In this document: piece after piece, positions 61,701 through 64,000 of the stretch | Layout of the letters: each line of letters begins with the position of its first letter | Position numbering within the stretch: position 1 is the stretch's first letter | Source: Haliotis rufescens | Lineage: Eukaryota | NCBI RefSeq assembly: GCF_023055435.1 | Contig: NW_025963891.1 | Coordinates: forward strand, 7,936,001 to 8,000,000 | Direction: 5' to 3' | Length of the DNA stretch: 64,000 nt | Program-made: the position numbers and the translations under genes | Notes under the pieces: generated by a model | Told to the model about the DNA's origin: nothing | Databases searched by the model: none | The model's input: the letters and a program-made list of their open reading frames with translations, nothing else

Positions 61701-63677
61701 GCCAATAAGATCAATGGCTGTAGGACTGAGACACACGGGCAAAATCACTGAAAATTAGTCAACTGTGGAAGGCCAAGTTTTAGATCAAGTTGCTGTAGTA
61801 TGTTGATGAAGATCTCCATCATTACATAATGTCATTAAGAAATGTGTGTGACATAATGTGAAGGTGATGTCCAATATGTTTGAATGTAAGTTGCATGATA
61901 TCCATGATACCTCTATCTTGAAACAACTAGTAACCATGAGGGAGCAAGAAAAATACATGGCAAACCTTCAACTTCTTTCATGTCCTACTCACCCATACTA
62001 CTAAAATACCAAAGATATATTACACACTTGAGTATCTTTTGGCATATGATACCATCGATAATGAATTAAAGAAACTACCAAATGCTATATATGCAATATG
62101 ACCATATGAAGCTATCAGACCCATGTTACATAAATCTAAGAAAAATAGTTTTCATAATATCATTGAATCGATGGACTTACAATTCATATCCATCTTTGTT
62201 GCACGGTATAAAGGGCACCAACTGCATCTAACTACAAATGAATGACATGTCTAAATGTCCCAGTCTTTCATTGTTATCAATAGTTTCCCACCTAACCACT
62301 TTCTCAGTAATGTTTTATATTTCTTTTCTGTATTCTTCTTCCGTTTTTTTTGCCATAAATATGAATGTTGATACAATTTTGAGCAATTGTTTGAGGAAAA
62401 TAATATTATTCGCTGGTACAGATTCTCTTACAATGTCATATAATTCTGTGGAATACACAGTGCTTTCACTGAACAGCAATACATTGCCTGATAGAGGACC
62501 AAAATGCTACAGAAGAACCTCTTTATTTCAGCAATTGAACTACATCCCTGGAAGACTAGCACAGACAGCCTGCAGCCCCACAGACAAGGTAATTGACACA
62601 TCCTAGTCATATCTTCCACCACATAACATCACCTTATGTCAGCCTACTACCAGAGGATAGTCCAGTGATGCAGGTTATAGACGATTACCACTTGGCAAGC
62701 ATGGGTATATTGCTGACAAACCAAAAACCATAATTAGGGCTGATCTGGGATTGATTCAAACACATGATCAGTGAATCCTGATATGGCAAAGGGATGCAAC
62801 TCTGCAGTGAAATGTGGTGACTTAGACCACCCATGACCCTCTTTCTGAATAACATTATTTTGGGAAAATAATGACAATAACCTCTCAGTTGACAATAAAT
62901 GCTACAGTCCAGCACTACATGCTGATATTTAGCAAAATAGAAATTCTTCTTGAAATTGTGCAGATGAAGAAAATGTGTATCTTGGATTTATAAAATGGCA
63001 TAGAAAGTTGAACACATAGATACCATTAGCATAAACTGACAATGAATTTGTCTATGGTCAAAGAATATCACATGAAACAGTAAGCAATTTTTCGCACCAT
63101 TTTGATAGTAAATGGACTGAAAAAATGAAATGCACCTTCAACCTATATAAGTTTGTATATTATTGATCGAACACTAAAACACCCATAACAGTAACTGTTC
63201 ACGTTACCATGTTCACCCTAAAATAAACATGTGAAATCACCTTTCACCATATCATTGAATATTTTGTAGAAACTATTCTCAACAATAAATATTTTCTCTA
63301 AAAAGCAAAACAATAAACAAAACATAACTGGTACTTAATCTATTGATATTAATATTTCTGAACATTTTACTATAATCTTACTTCCATAATGATGGTAATC
63401 GGTTATTTGATGCCAATTGCAAACAGAATTCATTTGCAACAGATTCACCTGCCAATCCATTGTAATCCTTTGATATTGAAAGGAATAAATTAAATTAAAA
63501 CTTTAGCAATTTTCATCATATCATAATGCTTATTAAAGCCAGTCAATCTAGAAAGTCATTCTTGTTGTATATTTCCATCAAATGTCAATCAGGAAATTTC
63601 TAGCAGTCAGTTTTAATAATAATTGTAGCCAATCAATGTAACTGTCACATCCATCTTCAGCCAATGGACTTCAAAGG

Positions 63678-63805
63678 TCAATCATTCTTGTGTGTCATTG
63701 GTGGAAACTCATTATCATCGTCCAATCGTAGCGCAGCAATGCCTTGTCCTTCTCCATTGTCCCCGCCCACGGCACCCTCTAGCTCCTCCTGATAGGGCTG
63801 GGATT
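63678..63805 (-). CDS. Probable terminal coding exon of a neighbouring spliced gene (unidentified)
   Basis: Acceptor tgtgttttcattgcag, GC-richer frame SQPYQEELEGAVGGDNGEGQGIAALRLDDDNEFPPMTHKND*, followed by an AT-rich UTR-like stretch. Confidence 0.5.
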
Positions 63806-64000
63806 CTGCAATGAAAACACACTGTCTCAGCTTTCTTGTTTCAGAGAAACGCTGAATTTGAACACACTTCATGTTCACATTATCATAAAAATACACAAAG
63901 CTTTCTCCATGTTTAAATTTCATCATTTAATATCACTGACAATATTCACTTTAAGACCTAATCAAAGAACCTAATTAATATTATTGCTGATATGTATATT

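Overview
Eukaryotic (animal) genomic DNA. The repeat families look molluscan, possibly abalone-like, but that is my inference. The window is organised around a minus-strand, head-to-tail array of intronless Cys-loop ligand-gated ion channel (nAChR-like) genes: one 399-aa type (107-1306) with a decayed duplicate (5738-6795), and four intact 394-aa paralogs (A 18069-19253, B 27742-28926, C 41423-42607, D 55784-56968) made by roughly 10-14 kb tandem duplications. These subunits have lost most of the acetylcholine aromatic box: no loop C vicinal cysteines, loop C 7 aa shorter, no loop A Tyr. They keep a cation-type GDK filter, carry a co-varying extra Cys pair on the complementary face, and differ mainly in ligand-pocket loops. 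This is the profile of a diversifying chemosensory receptor family analogous to cephalopod chemotactile receptors. The intergenic DNA holds a Maverick/Polinton remnant (protein-primed PolB, Ala/Thr-rich ORF, motif-dense GC-rich end) and two copies of a dead I/Nimb-type LINE whose first 58 nt fold into a minimal HDV-like ribozyme followed by a pseudoknot shared with a SINE family. It also holds Tc1 remnants, Penelope-like relics, a HINE/DINE-1-like element, many SINEs, a paralog-specific 70-bp minisatellite and remains of an ependymin-like spliced gene. All alignments were done by eye; no database search was run.
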